Source: an uncultured Candidatus Rokubacteria bacterium (GTDB lineage: Bacteria > Methylomirabilota > Methylomirabilia > Rokubacteriales > DASRDR01). Taken from it: 64,000 nucleotides of DNA. Positions within the stretch are counted from its first letter, which is position 1; each line of letters begins with the position of its first letter. A program made the translations under genes and the position numbers. Location: positions 448,001 to 512,000 of the forward strand of contig CAWGVS010000010.1 of NCBI GenBank assembly GCA_963826115.1, read 5' to 3'. The notes beneath the pieces are model-generated. The model was not told the origin of the DNA. It made no database searches and saw only the letters and a list, made by a program, of their open reading frames with translations. Of the stretch, positions 1 through 8,713 are shown piece by piece.

Positions 1-433
1 CGCTGCGTCGATAGACCGCATGCAGCGGTTGGTCGCGGCCCTGCCAGTGAGGCACGACGACGTCGTGCTCCGGCATCTGCGAGACGAGGTGTGCGATCAG
101 GTCCACGTTCAGGAACGCCGCGTCGCAGGACGTGGCGAAGCTGACCTCCCCGCGGGCGGCGCCGAGCCCGTAGCAGAGCCCGCCGACGGGCCCCTGGTGC
201 TCGACCTGGTCGCGCACCAGCGTGACGGGCATCGAGGGCAGATCCTGGCCCGGTGCGGCGACGACGACCACCTCGGCAAACCGGCGTCGCAGCGTGGCGA
301 CGATGTGCACGATGAGCGGCGTGCCGTCGAAGAGGAGTAGCGCCTTGGGCGTGCCCATGCGCGAGCTCCGGCCTCCGGCCAGCACGATGGCCGTGGCACC
401 GGTCGCGTTACCTGGACGTTCGATCGCAGTCAT
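1..433 (-). CDS. mobA: molybdenum cofactor guanylyltransferase (runs off window start)
   Basis: Not in ORF track. Hand translation from ATG at 433 gives MTAIERPGNATGATAIVLAGGRSSRMGTPKALL...HQGPVGGL...TSCDAAF...QPLHAVY, with the MobA LAGGxSxRMG, GPxxG, CDxxF and PLHAxY motifs. Confidence 0.92.
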   Translation of the reverse strand, partial: MTAIERPGNATGATAIVLAGGRSSRMGTPKALLLFDGTPLIVHIVATLRRRFAEVVVVAAPGQDLPSMPVTLVRDQVEHQGPVGGLCYGLGAARGEVSFATSCDAAFLNVDLIAHLVSQMPEHDVVVPHWQGRDQPLHAVYRRS

Positions 434-796
434 CGTGTGACGGCACCCCGCGCTCGAGCGAAGGCCCGCCTGCGCTCAACGACCCAGTCGGGCTCCGCTC
501 TTCAGGGACGACGTGGAGGCGCGCAGCCTGACGACCAACGTCCGTGGTCACGCGGGGTGTCAGGCCCCCGCAGCGCTCGCGTCCTTGGGTGGTCCACAGC
601 GCCAGTGTCGACAGGCGTGACACCAAGTCCCTTATACATACACCGGCGTTTGCGAAAGAGGTAGTCAGCTCGTCCCGGGCCCTCGGCGGCTCAGGGTTGT
701 CGGCGGCTCAGGGTTTGACCGACGCCCGCTGCCCTCGCTATACTCCGGCCGACGGCACCGGTGAAGGCTGCCCCACACCGTCACGCGGTGGACAGC

Positions 797-1150
797 ATGA
801 GCAAAGAGCGCTCCTCGGACGAGCCCCCGGCCAATTCGCCCTGGGGAGGGCCCTCCGAGCGGGCCCTCAAGATGCGCAAGCGGCCGGACCAGGGGGCCGA
901 CCTCTTCCGCGCGGCGCTCCAGCAGATCGAGGATCCGGCGCGACTTCGGCAGGCCCTGCTCGAGCTCAGCCGGACCTACAACCCGGTCACGAACGCCACC
1001 CTGCTGGCGCCCGAGGTGCGGCAGCGGGTCCTCGAGCTCGCCGGTCAAGGGGCAGGCGACGAGGCCCGCCAACTCCTGGAAGCGGCCCTGGGCCGCTACA
1101 TCGAGTCGGGGCAGCCTCCCGGGTCCCCGGAAGCGTCACGAGGCGCTTGA
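797..1150 (+). CDS. hypothetical protein
   Basis: ATG at 797 inside ORF 761-1150. GC3-biased codons; helical, charged sequence; no family recognised. Confidence 0.6.
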   Translation: MSKERSSDEPPANSPWGGPSERALKMRKRPDQGADLFRAALQQIEDPARLRQALLELSRTYNPVTNATLLAPEVRQRVLELAGQGAGDEARQLLEAALGRYIESGQPPGSPEASRGA

Positions 1151-1254
1151 CATGGTGTCGCCTGGGCCCCTAGGATCGGGGTAGCGGTTCTGGAACACCC
1201 CCCGTAGCGCGCCTTGCTGAACTGATTGAAGGCCGAGGCCAGCGGAGGTGGTGC

Positions 1255-1536
1255 ATGTCATTACCGTCTCGCCCGACTGCCTGGCTCCAGGAAAACCGTC
1301 TCGTCGTCGTGTCCGTCGATCCGGTGGGCGGTCATCTCCGCCTGCGAGGCGTCCAGGACCAGTGCTCTGACATGAGCTGTGGCGGCGATGCCGTCGTGGT
1401 CGCTGACGAGACGACCTCGGCCTTGGACGCGCTCAGCCCCGGTGACATCGTGAAGATCGAGTCCCCCGCCGTCGGACCGATGCGCATCGTCGTTCTCCGG
1501 CGCGCCTGGGAAGAGTACGCCAGCCCGGAGCTCTAG
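1255..1536 (+). CDS. hypothetical protein (small, beta-rich)
   Basis: GGAGG RBS before ATG 1255; coherent 93 aa; directly upstream of the fdh operon. Confidence 0.65.
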   Translation: MSLPSRPTAWLQENRLVVVSVDPVGGHLRLRGVQDQCSDMSCGGDAVVVADETTSALDALSPGDIVKIESPAVGPMRIVVLRRAWEEYASPEL

Positions 1537-1666
1537 CCAGGGTGCTTCGCGAGCCCTTTCGGCCTCCGCCGCGCTCCACCCGGCTCGCTGCGGTTACCTT
1601 TGCCCGAAACGTGCCCCGGGATCGGGCACCCCGATGTGACGCCAGCCACGCGAGAGGAGAACGGCC

Positions 1667-4600
1667 ATGAGCCTGTCTCGACGTGACTTCCTGAAGTGGT
1701 CCGGCGGCGCCTCCGGCGGCGTTCTCGCGGGAACCCGGGGCATCGACCTCGCCCCCGTCGAGGCCGCCGTGAGCGACCTCCGGATCAAGGAGGCCAAGAC
1801 CTTCCCGGGCGTCTGTCCCTACTGCGCGGTCGGGTGTGCCCAGCTGATCTACGTGAAGGACGGCAAGATCGTCGACATCGAGGGCGACCCCGACACCCCG
1901 CATACCGAAGGCGCGCTCTGCCCGAAAGGCTCCTCTACCTACCAGCTCTCGGTCAACGCGCGCCGCTTGACGAAGCCCATGTACCGGGCGGCGGGTAGCG
2001 ACAAGTGGGAAGAGAAGCCCCTCGACTGGATGATGGAGCAGATCGCCCAGCGCGTGAAGAAGACGCGGGACGCCAGCTTCGTCGAGACCGCCAAGGTCGG
2101 CGACAAGCCCGTCACCGTCAATCGCTGCGAGGGCATTGCCTGGCTCGGCTCCTCGGTGCTCGACAACGAGGAGAACTACCTGATCGCGAAGCTCTCCCGG
2201 GGCCTCGGCCTGGTGAACCTGGAGAACTCCGCGCGGCTCTGCCACTCGGCGACCGTGCCGGCGCTCGGCGCGACCTTCGGCCGGGGCGCCATGACGACCA
2301 ACCTGATCGACGTCATCAACGCCGACGTGATCATGCCGACCTCCAACTGGGCCGAGTGCCACCCCGTCAGCTACAAGTGGGTGATGAAGGCCAAGGAACG
2401 CGGCGCGACGATCATCCACGTCGATCCTCGCTTCACACGGACGTCCGCGACCGCGGACATCTGGGTGCCCATCCGGTCCGGCACCAACATCGTGTACTTC
2501 GGCGGGCTCATCCGCCACGCGATCGAAAGCAACAAGTACTTCCACGACTACGTGGTCGCCTACACCAACGCCTCGCTCCTCCTGGACCCGGCGTTCAAGA
2601 GCCCGACGGATCTCGACGGAGTGTTCAGCGGCTTCGACGCGGGAAAGCGTGCCTACGACCAGGCAACCTGGAAGTTCCAGCTCGATGCCGACGGCTACCC
2701 CAAGCAGGACAAGACCCTGAAGGACCCGAACTGCGTCTTCCAGCATCTCCGCCGGCACTACTCGCGATACACCCCGGAGATGGTCGAGAAAGTGTGCGGC
2801 ATCTCGAAGGAGCTGTTCCTCAAGGTGGCCGACATCTTCTGCTCGGCCTCCGGGCCCGACAAGACCTCGACCATCTCGTACGCGCTTCAGCTTAACCAGT
2901 CGACGAACGGCGTGCAGCAGATCCGCTCCCTCTGCATGCTCCAGCTGATCCTCGGCAACATCGGACGCCCGGGCGGGGGAGTCGTGGCCCTCCGGGGGCA
3001 CTCGAACGTCCAGGGGGCCACGGATTTCGGGACGCTCTACCACATGTTGCCGGGCTATCCGATCGAGCCCCTCCAGGCGGCCCACCCCACCCTGACCGAC
3101 TATCTCGAGAAGACGACGCCCAAGGGCGGCTACTGGGTGAACAATCCGAAGTTCGTGATCAGCCTGCTCAAGGCTTGGTGGGGCCCCGCTGCCACGAAGG
3201 ACAACGACTACGCCTACGACCACCTCCCGAAGCGGGAGAAGGGCGATGCGTACTCGCACCAGCACTTCATGATCGCGATGCTCGAGAAGAAGGTGAAGGG
3301 GTTCCTTTGCATGGGCCAGAACCCGGCGGTCGATAGCCCGAACGCCGGAACGGTTCGTCAGGGTCTCCGGAACCTCGAGTGGCTGGTCGTCGTCGATCTC
3401 TTCGAGACCGAGACGGCCGCGGTGTGGAAGGCGCCGGGCGCCGATTCGAAGTCCTGCCAGACCGAGGTGTTCTTCATCCCGGGAGCGCCAGCGGCGGAGA
3501 AAGATGGATCGATCACCAACACCATGCGTCTCGCGCAGTGGCACGTGAAGGCGGTCGAACCGCCCGGTGAATCCCGCTCCGACGCGGCATTCATCGTGGA
3601 GCTCGGGAACAGGCTCAAGGCGCTGTACACGGGTTCCCGCGCCAAGAAGGACCGGCCTGTGCTCGACCTAGTCTGGGACTACCAGCCCGACGGACCGAAG
3701 AAGGAACCGAAGATGGAGCTGGTCCTGAAGGAGGTCAACGGATACGCCACCGAGGACATCCCGGACAAGGACAAGCCCGGGGAGCTCCTGTTCAAGCGCG
3801 GCCAGCCGGTCAAGAGCTTCGGGAACCTGCGGGACGATGGTTCGACGGCCTGCGGCAACTGGATCTACTCCGGGATCTATCCCGAGGAGGGGAAGAATCT
3901 CGCCGCCCGGCGCGAGAAGCCGAAGGGCGACGACTATCTCGCCCACGGCTGGGGGTTCGCTTGGCCGGCGAACCGCCGGATCCTCTACAACCGCGCCTCG
4001 GCGGACCCCTCGGGGAAGCCCTGGAGCGAGAAGAAGAAGCTCATCTGGTGGGACGCCGCCCAGAAGAAGTGGGTCGGCAACGACGTGCCCGACTTCAGCC
4101 CCGTCATGGCGCCCGACGCGCCACGCGCGAAGGACGGCCCGCTCAAGGGTATCTCGGGAACCGACGCGTTCATCATGAACCCGCATGGGCTCGGGCAGTT
4201 CTTCGCGTCGGTCCTGGACGGGCCGTTCCCCGAGCACTATGAGCCCTTCGAGTCGCCCACTCAGAACCTCCTCTCGAAGGTCCAGAACAACCCCGTCGCC
4301 AAGGTCTACGACGTCGGTGATCTCAACAAGCTCGGGACGCCGGACAAGTACCCCTTCGTCCTCACGACGTACCGGCTCACCGAGCACCACGCTGCCGGCA
4401 TGTCGCGGCATGTGCCCTGGCTCTCCGAGCTGTTCTTTGGCCACTTCGCGGAGATCGGGCCCGAGATGGCAAAGCAGCTCGGAATCCAGAACGGCGACAT
4501 GCTGAGCGTCGAGACGCCCCGGGCCAAGATCAAGGTGCGGGCGCTCGTGACCGAACGCATCAAGCCGTTCACGATCAACGGTAAGAAGGTTTACCAGGTC

Positions 4601-4747
4601 GGCATCCCGTGGCACTGGGGGTACCAGGGCGTCATGGAGTCGGCTCGAGGCGACGTGACCAACGACCTCGTCGCGAACCTCGGCGACCCGACGACGTTCA
4701 TCCAGGAGTCCAAGGCGCTCCTCTGCAACGTGCGGAAGGAGGCGTAG
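1667..4747 (+). CDS. fdnG: periplasmic formate dehydrogenase major (Mo/W-bisPGD) subunit, Cys-type
   Basis: Tat motif SRRDFLK; CPYCAVGC...LCPKG 4Fe-4S; active-site NSARLCHS (TGC at 2240); ALRGHSNVQG; CGNWIYSG; WPANRRILYNRAS. Confidence 0.95.
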   Translation: MSLSRRDFLKWSGGASGGVLAGTRGIDLAPVEAAVSDLRIKEAKTFPGVCPYCAVGCAQLIYVKDGKIVDIEGDPDTPHTEGALCPKGSSTYQLSVNARRLTKPMYRAAGSDKWEEKPLDWMMEQIAQRVKKTRDASFVETAKVGDKPVTVNRCEGIAWLGSSVLDNEENYLIAKLSRGLGLVNLENSARLCHSATVPALGATFGRGAMTTNLIDVINADVIMPTSNWAECHPVSYKWVMKAKERGATIIHVDPRFTRTSATADIWVPIRSGTNIVYFGGLIRHAIESNKYFHDYVVAYTNASLLLDPAFKSPTDLDGVFSGFDAGKRAYDQATWKFQLDADGYPKQDKTLKDPNCVFQHLRRHYSRYTPEMVEKVCGISKELFLKVADIFCSASGPDKTSTISYALQLNQSTNGVQQIRSLCMLQLILGNIGRPGGGVVALRGHSNVQGATDFGTLYHMLPGYPIEPLQAAHPTLTDYLEKTTPKGGYWVNNPKFVISLLKAWWGPAATKDNDYAYDHLPKREKGDAYSHQHFMIAMLEKKVKGFLCMGQNPAVDSPNAGTVRQGLRNLEWLVVVDLFETETAAVWKAPGADSKSCQTEVFFIPGAPAAEKDGSITNTMRLAQWHVKAVEPPGESRSDAAFIVELGNRLKALYTGSRAKKDRPVLDLVWDYQPDGPKKEPKMELVLKEVNGYATEDIPDKDKPGELLFKRGQPVKSFGNLRDDGSTACGNWIYSGIYPEEGKNLAARREKPKGDDYLAHGWGFAWPANRRILYNRASADPSGKPWSEKKKLIWWDAAQKKWVGNDVPDFSPVMAPDAPRAKDGPLKGISGTDAFIMNPHGLGQFFASVLDGPFPEHYEPFESPTQNLLSKVQNNPVAKVYDVGDLNKLGTPDKYPFVLTTYRLTEHHAAGMSRHVPWLSELFFGHFAEIGPEMAKQLGIQNGDMLSVETPRAKIKVRALVTERIKPFTINGKKVYQVGIPWHWGYQGVMESARGDVTNDLVANLGDPTTFIQESKALLCNVRKEA

Positions 4748-4749
4748 CC

Positions 4750-5523
4750 ATGGCCCGCACCCTCGCGATGTTCACGGACGTCTCGCTGTGCATCGGGTGT
4801 CGCGCCTGCCAGGTCGCCTGCAAGCAGTGGAACCAGCTGGCGCCCGAGGAGCCGGAGTGGACCGGCACCTACCAGAACCACGCGCACTTCACTGACAAGA
4901 GCTACCGGCTCGTGCGGTTCTTCGAGGAGCCGGACGACAAGGTCGGCGTGCGCTGGCACATGATGTCCGACGTGTGCAAGCACTGCGCCCAGGCGGGCTG
5001 CCTGGAGGCGTGCCCCACCGGGGCGATCTACCGCACCGAGTACGGCACGGTCAACATCAACCAGGACATCTGCAACGGCTGCCGCTACTGCGTGTCCGCC
5101 TGCCCGTTCGGCGTGGTCGCGTTCAACCACGACACCGGCACCGCCACGAAGTGCACGTTCTGCAACGACCGCATCCACAACGGCCTCGGACCCGCCTGCG
5201 CGAAGGCGTGCCCGACCGAGTCGATCCGTTTCGGCTACCGCGACGAGCTGGCGGCCCTTGCCCGGAAGCGGGTGGAGACGCTCCGGAAGCAGGGGTACAA
5301 GGACGCCCGGCTCTACGGCGAGGATCAGAACGGCGCCCTGGGCGGCCTGAACGCCTTCTTCCTGATCACGGGGAAACCGTCGATCTACGGACTGCCCGAG
5401 AACCCGAAGCTCCCTCAACGCAACGTGTTTGTCGACTCTCTCCTGTCGATCGGCTCGGCAATCGCCGTCGGGATCGGGGCCGTCGTGGCGTTCCGCTCGC
5501 GGGGCGGGAAGGAGGAGAGCTGA
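4750..5523 (+). CDS. fdnH: formate dehydrogenase iron-sulfur (beta) subunit
   Basis: ATG at 4750; four 4Fe-4S motifs (CIGCRACQVAC, CKHC..AGCLEAC, CNGCRYCVSAC, CTFC..PACAKAC); C-terminal TM helix. Confidence 0.92.
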   Translation: MARTLAMFTDVSLCIGCRACQVACKQWNQLAPEEPEWTGTYQNHAHFTDKSYRLVRFFEEPDDKVGVRWHMMSDVCKHCAQAGCLEACPTGAIYRTEYGTVNINQDICNGCRYCVSACPFGVVAFNHDTGTATKCTFCNDRIHNGLGPACAKACPTESIRFGYRDELAALARKRVETLRKQGYKDARLYGEDQNGALGGLNAFFLITGKPSIYGLPENPKLPQRNVFVDSLLSIGSAIAVGIGAVVAFRSRGGKEES

Positions 5524-5524
5524 G

Positions 5525-6460
5525 ATGGAGCCCGGACTTCTCAAGAGCGCCGACTGGCCGCTGCTGATCGACGTCTACTTCTTCCTGGGCGGGATCGCGG
5601 GCGGGGCCTTCGTGATCGCCACCATCGCGAACCTTCTCGACGCCGAGCGGTACCGCAGCGTCGTCCGTGCAGGCTATTACGTCGCTCTCCTGGCCGTGAT
5701 CCCGGCACCGATCCTGCTCATCGCCGATCTCGGGCGCCCGACGCGTTTCCTGCACATGATGATGGTGGCGAAGCCATCCACGCAGATCGGCATGGGCGCG
5801 CTGACCCTCGGCCCGTTCCACCTGAAGCTGGTCTCGCCCATGAGCATGGGCGCGTGGGCGCTGCTCGCGTTCAGCGGGCTTGCCTTCCTGGCCGCGCTCG
5901 ACGTGTTCCTTGAGCACCGCGGGGGACGCGGGTTCCCGGGGCTCCGGATGATCGTCGGCCTGGTGGGGTCCGTCTTCGGGTTCTTCCTGGCGGCGTATCC
6001 GGGCGTCCTGCTGGGCGCGACCGCGCGGCCGCTGTTCGTCAACGGCCACTGGCTGGGTGCGCTGTTCGTGGCCGTCGGAGCTTCGACCGGAGGGGCGGCG
6101 ATCGCGCTGGCCCTCGCCCTCTTCGGCGGTGAGCGGCGCGACGGGCTCGCCGCGCTCATGCGCACAGTGGCCATCGCGCTCGTCGTGCAGGCCGTGGCGC
6201 TGGTGCTCTTCATCGTGACCGTGAAGATGAGTGGCTCGGTCGGCATCGGCCAGGCGCTCACGCCGCTCGTGTCCGGTCAGTACAGCCTGACCTTCTGGCT
6301 CGGCGCCGTGACGATCGGGTTGATCGTGCCCCTCGCTCTCGCGTTCAGCGGCCGCCTCCGGCGGGCGTCCGCCGGGCTCGCCGCCCTCGTGGCGATCCTG
6401 GTGCTGGTGGGCGGCTTCGTCATCAAGTACGTCCTGATCGCCGCGGGCCAGGTCACCTGA
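5525..6460 (+). CDS. NrfD/PsrC-family membrane anchor of formate dehydrogenase
   Basis: ATG at 5525; YFFLGGIAGG, LIADLGRPxRF, SPMSMGAW and YPGVLL are NrfD signatures; about 8 TM helices. Confidence 0.88.
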   Translation: MEPGLLKSADWPLLIDVYFFLGGIAGGAFVIATIANLLDAERYRSVVRAGYYVALLAVIPAPILLIADLGRPTRFLHMMMVAKPSTQIGMGALTLGPFHLKLVSPMSMGAWALLAFSGLAFLAALDVFLEHRGGRGFPGLRMIVGLVGSVFGFFLAAYPGVLLGATARPLFVNGHWLGALFVAVGASTGGAAIALALALFGGERRDGLAALMRTVAIALVVQAVALVLFIVTVKMSGSVGIGQALTPLVSGQYSLTFWLGAVTIGLIVPLALAFSGRLRRASAGLAALVAILVLVGGFVIKYVLIAAGQVT

Positions 6461-6486
6461 CGGCGTCGGTCCCCGGCTGCCCGCCG

Positions 6487-7338
6487 GTGGACTTCCTGGG
6501 AGAGTGGCGCGCACTCCTCGACCGCCGCGCGAGCTTTCGCGAGGTGCTGGCCCCTTGCGAGCCGCTGCTCGAGGCCTGGGCCGAGTGGCGCAGTGAAGCG
6601 GTTCTCCAGGCACCCTGGCTCGCAGACGAGTGCCGCCTCTCGTGGAGCCGGGGCGAGCCGCTACTGGCCCGGGCCCAACCCGAGATTCCGAACGCCGAGC
6701 TCGAGCCGCTGCTCGGCCCTGCCCTGGACGCCCTGGGAGCCGTGGGCGTCGACATCGACGCGCTCCGGACCTTCGGCGAGCTCTGGGACGCTGGCAGCGT
6801 CACCGTGCGGGATCTCCTTCCGGCTCCGGGCCGGCTCGGCGCCGGCTGGTTGCCGGAGCGCACCCGGCTCTCGGTCGAGAGCCTGGGCTTCCTGGCCGTG
6901 GCGGCCCTCCGACCCGTCCTGACCCGATTCTTCGCGGATGCGCGCGCGCACTTCGACGCCGGATCGTGGGGCCGGGGCGTGTGCCCCTTCTGCGGCGCCC
7001 CGCCGGGCTTCGCGGATCTTCCGGAAGACGGGCAGCGCCGGTTGACGTGTCACGCGTGCGGGGGCGCCTGGGTGTTCTCGCGGACCCGGTGCCCGCTCTG
7101 CGGGACCCTCGACCTTCAACAGCAGATCCGCCTGGTGCCCGAGGGCCTCGCGGAAGAGGGCTACGCCATCACGGCGTGCAAGAGCTGCGGCGGTTATCTC
7201 AAGGAGCTCGACCGCAGGGTCCGCTGGAATGCCGGGGGCGCCCTCGTCGAGGACTGGGGCTCGCCGCACCTCGACCTCGTCGCCCGGCGCACGGGGTACT
7301 GGCGGCCCATCCCGGTCCTCGTGACGGCGGCCGACTGA
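6487..7338 (+). CDS. fdhE: formate dehydrogenase accessory protein FdhE
   Basis: CPFCG, CHACG, CPLCG and CKSCGGYLKE Cys pairs plus C-terminal LDL; position in fdh operon. Confidence 0.85.
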   Translation: MDFLGEWRALLDRRASFREVLAPCEPLLEAWAEWRSEAVLQAPWLADECRLSWSRGEPLLARAQPEIPNAELEPLLGPALDALGAVGVDIDALRTFGELWDAGSVTVRDLLPAPGRLGAGWLPERTRLSVESLGFLAVAALRPVLTRFFADARAHFDAGSWGRGVCPFCGAPPGFADLPEDGQRRLTCHACGGAWVFSRTRCPLCGTLDLQQQIRLVPEGLAEEGYAITACKSCGGYLKELDRRVRWNAGGALVEDWGSPHLDLVARRTGYWRPIPVLVTAAD

Positions 7339-7345
7339 GCGCTGG

Positions 7346-7966
7346 GTGTCGCGCCTGTTCCTGGTCGCGGACCGCTCGGAGATCGAGCGCCGCCGGAGGC
7401 AGCTGGGTCCGGGCGAGCTCGTGGAGGCCTGGGAGACGCTGCACACGCCGGACGTGACGTGGCTCGGCGATCCCGAGCTCCGCCGGATCGCGTACCAGCG
7501 CGGCGGCGCGACCCCGACGCCGGGCCTCTTCTGGGTCGGGGAGTCCGCCAAGGCGGCGCTCGACCGGGTCGGCGCGCCCCTGCCACACTTGCTGGCGATT
7601 CCCGAGGCGACCGTGCCCATTTACTACGGGCCGTGGCTCCGTGACACCGAATCTCTTCCCGCCGAGGAGTCGCTCAAGGCGCGTGTGCTGTCGGCGCGCG
7701 GCATCGCCGTAACCTGGGCCACGTACGACCATGCCGGGGACCGGTTGGAGTACCAGCCCGCCGATCCCCTCGACCCCGTGTTCTACCTGCGCCGAGCCCG
7801 GACGCGGGTGCTCCACGCATGGCGGCTGTTCCGCACTCGCGGAGAGGCGCTTCGTTACGCCGACACTCTGAAGGAGGATCAGGACGCAGGGCGCTGGGCG
7901 GAGAGCATTCCGTCGGGCGACTTCGACGAACTCGTCCGGACGTTCGGTGCCGGCCCGTCGGCCTGA
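7346..7966 (+). CDS. hypothetical protein
   Basis: 206 aa ORF starting 7 nt after the fdhE stop; normal codon bias; no family recognised. Confidence 0.65.
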   Translation: MSRLFLVADRSEIERRRRQLGPGELVEAWETLHTPDVTWLGDPELRRIAYQRGGATPTPGLFWVGESAKAALDRVGAPLPHLLAIPEATVPIYYGPWLRDTESLPAEESLKARVLSARGIAVTWATYDHAGDRLEYQPADPLDPVFYLRRARTRVLHAWRLFRTRGEALRYADTLKEDQDAGRWAESIPSGDFDELVRTFGAGPSA

Positions 7967-8078
7967 GCGCTGGGACTTCATGCCGCCGGCGCGATCGGCT
8001 CGTTAGTCAGCCCGACGCCGGCCGCGGGAGGGGCGCAGCGCGGCGGTCCGGGCCCGCCCGACGCGTCGGACGCGGGGG

Positions 8079-8480
8079 TCAGCGATCTCCGAAGGCGAGG
8101 CGGAAGCGCCGCCGGGCGAGTCCGTCGAGGGACTCGCGGAACCGCCGGTAGCGCGCCAGGAAGGCCCGCCCCTCGCGGGTCAGGCGCGCGCCGCCCGCGC
8201 CGGCGCCGCCGGGCCGGCGCGTGAGGAACGGGAATCCCGCCGCGGCCTCGAGCTCGCGGATGTACCCCCACGCCGCCCGGTACGACATGCCCATCTGCGC
8301 GACGGCGCTCCGGATGGAGCCGAGCTCGTCGATCAGCTCGAAGAGCCGGGCCCGGCCGTCGCCGAGCTTCGTCCCGCCGTCGAACACGACCCAGATCTTC
8401 ACGCGCGGCCCGGCCGACGGGCGGGTCCGAGTGTTCCGACGGGCCGGTGTTGCGCGGCGCGGCGCGACTCTCGACGCCAT
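8079..8480 (-). CDS. ModE-family winged helix-turn-helix regulator (DNA-binding domain only)
   Basis: LGDGRARLFELIDELGSIRSAVAQMGMSYRAAW...GGAGAGGARLT is typical of the ModE N-terminus; no TOBE/molbindin domains. Confidence 0.85.
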   Translation of the reverse strand: MASRVAPRRATPARRNTRTRPSAGPRVKIWVVFDGGTKLGDGRARLFELIDELGSIRSAVAQMGMSYRAAWGYIRELEAAAGFPFLTRRPGGAGAGGARLTREGRAFLARYRRFRESLDGLARRRFRLAFGDR

Positions 8481-8557
8481 CGGGCGATTATAGTCCGCGG
8501 GGCGCGCGATGCTCGATCGAACGACTGCGGGACCTCGCTGATGGGGCGGGCGATCCC

Positions 8558-8586
8558 TTGACGGCTCCGAGAGTGTCTGTTAGGCC
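8558..8586 (+). promoter_or_regulatory. putative sigma70-type promoter for the cob/cbt operon
   Basis: TTGACG-N17-TAGGCC upstream of cobB. Confidence 0.35.
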
Positions 8587-8713
8587 TGGGACCCGAGCGT
8601 TTCTCACCGCGTTCGAGAGGGAGGTCCGGGTGCCGTTGCCACTTCCGATGCCGCGCCGTGGCGCCGTCCGCGCGGGTCGCGGGCCGCCCGGACGCGGCCC
8701 GGCGGGTCTGGCC

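Noticed and set aside
434-660. Moco riboswitch or ModE box upstream of mobA (AT-rich CTTATACATACACC)
   Set aside because: Only a weak half-site and no recognisable conserved riboswitch core; would need an Infernal search.
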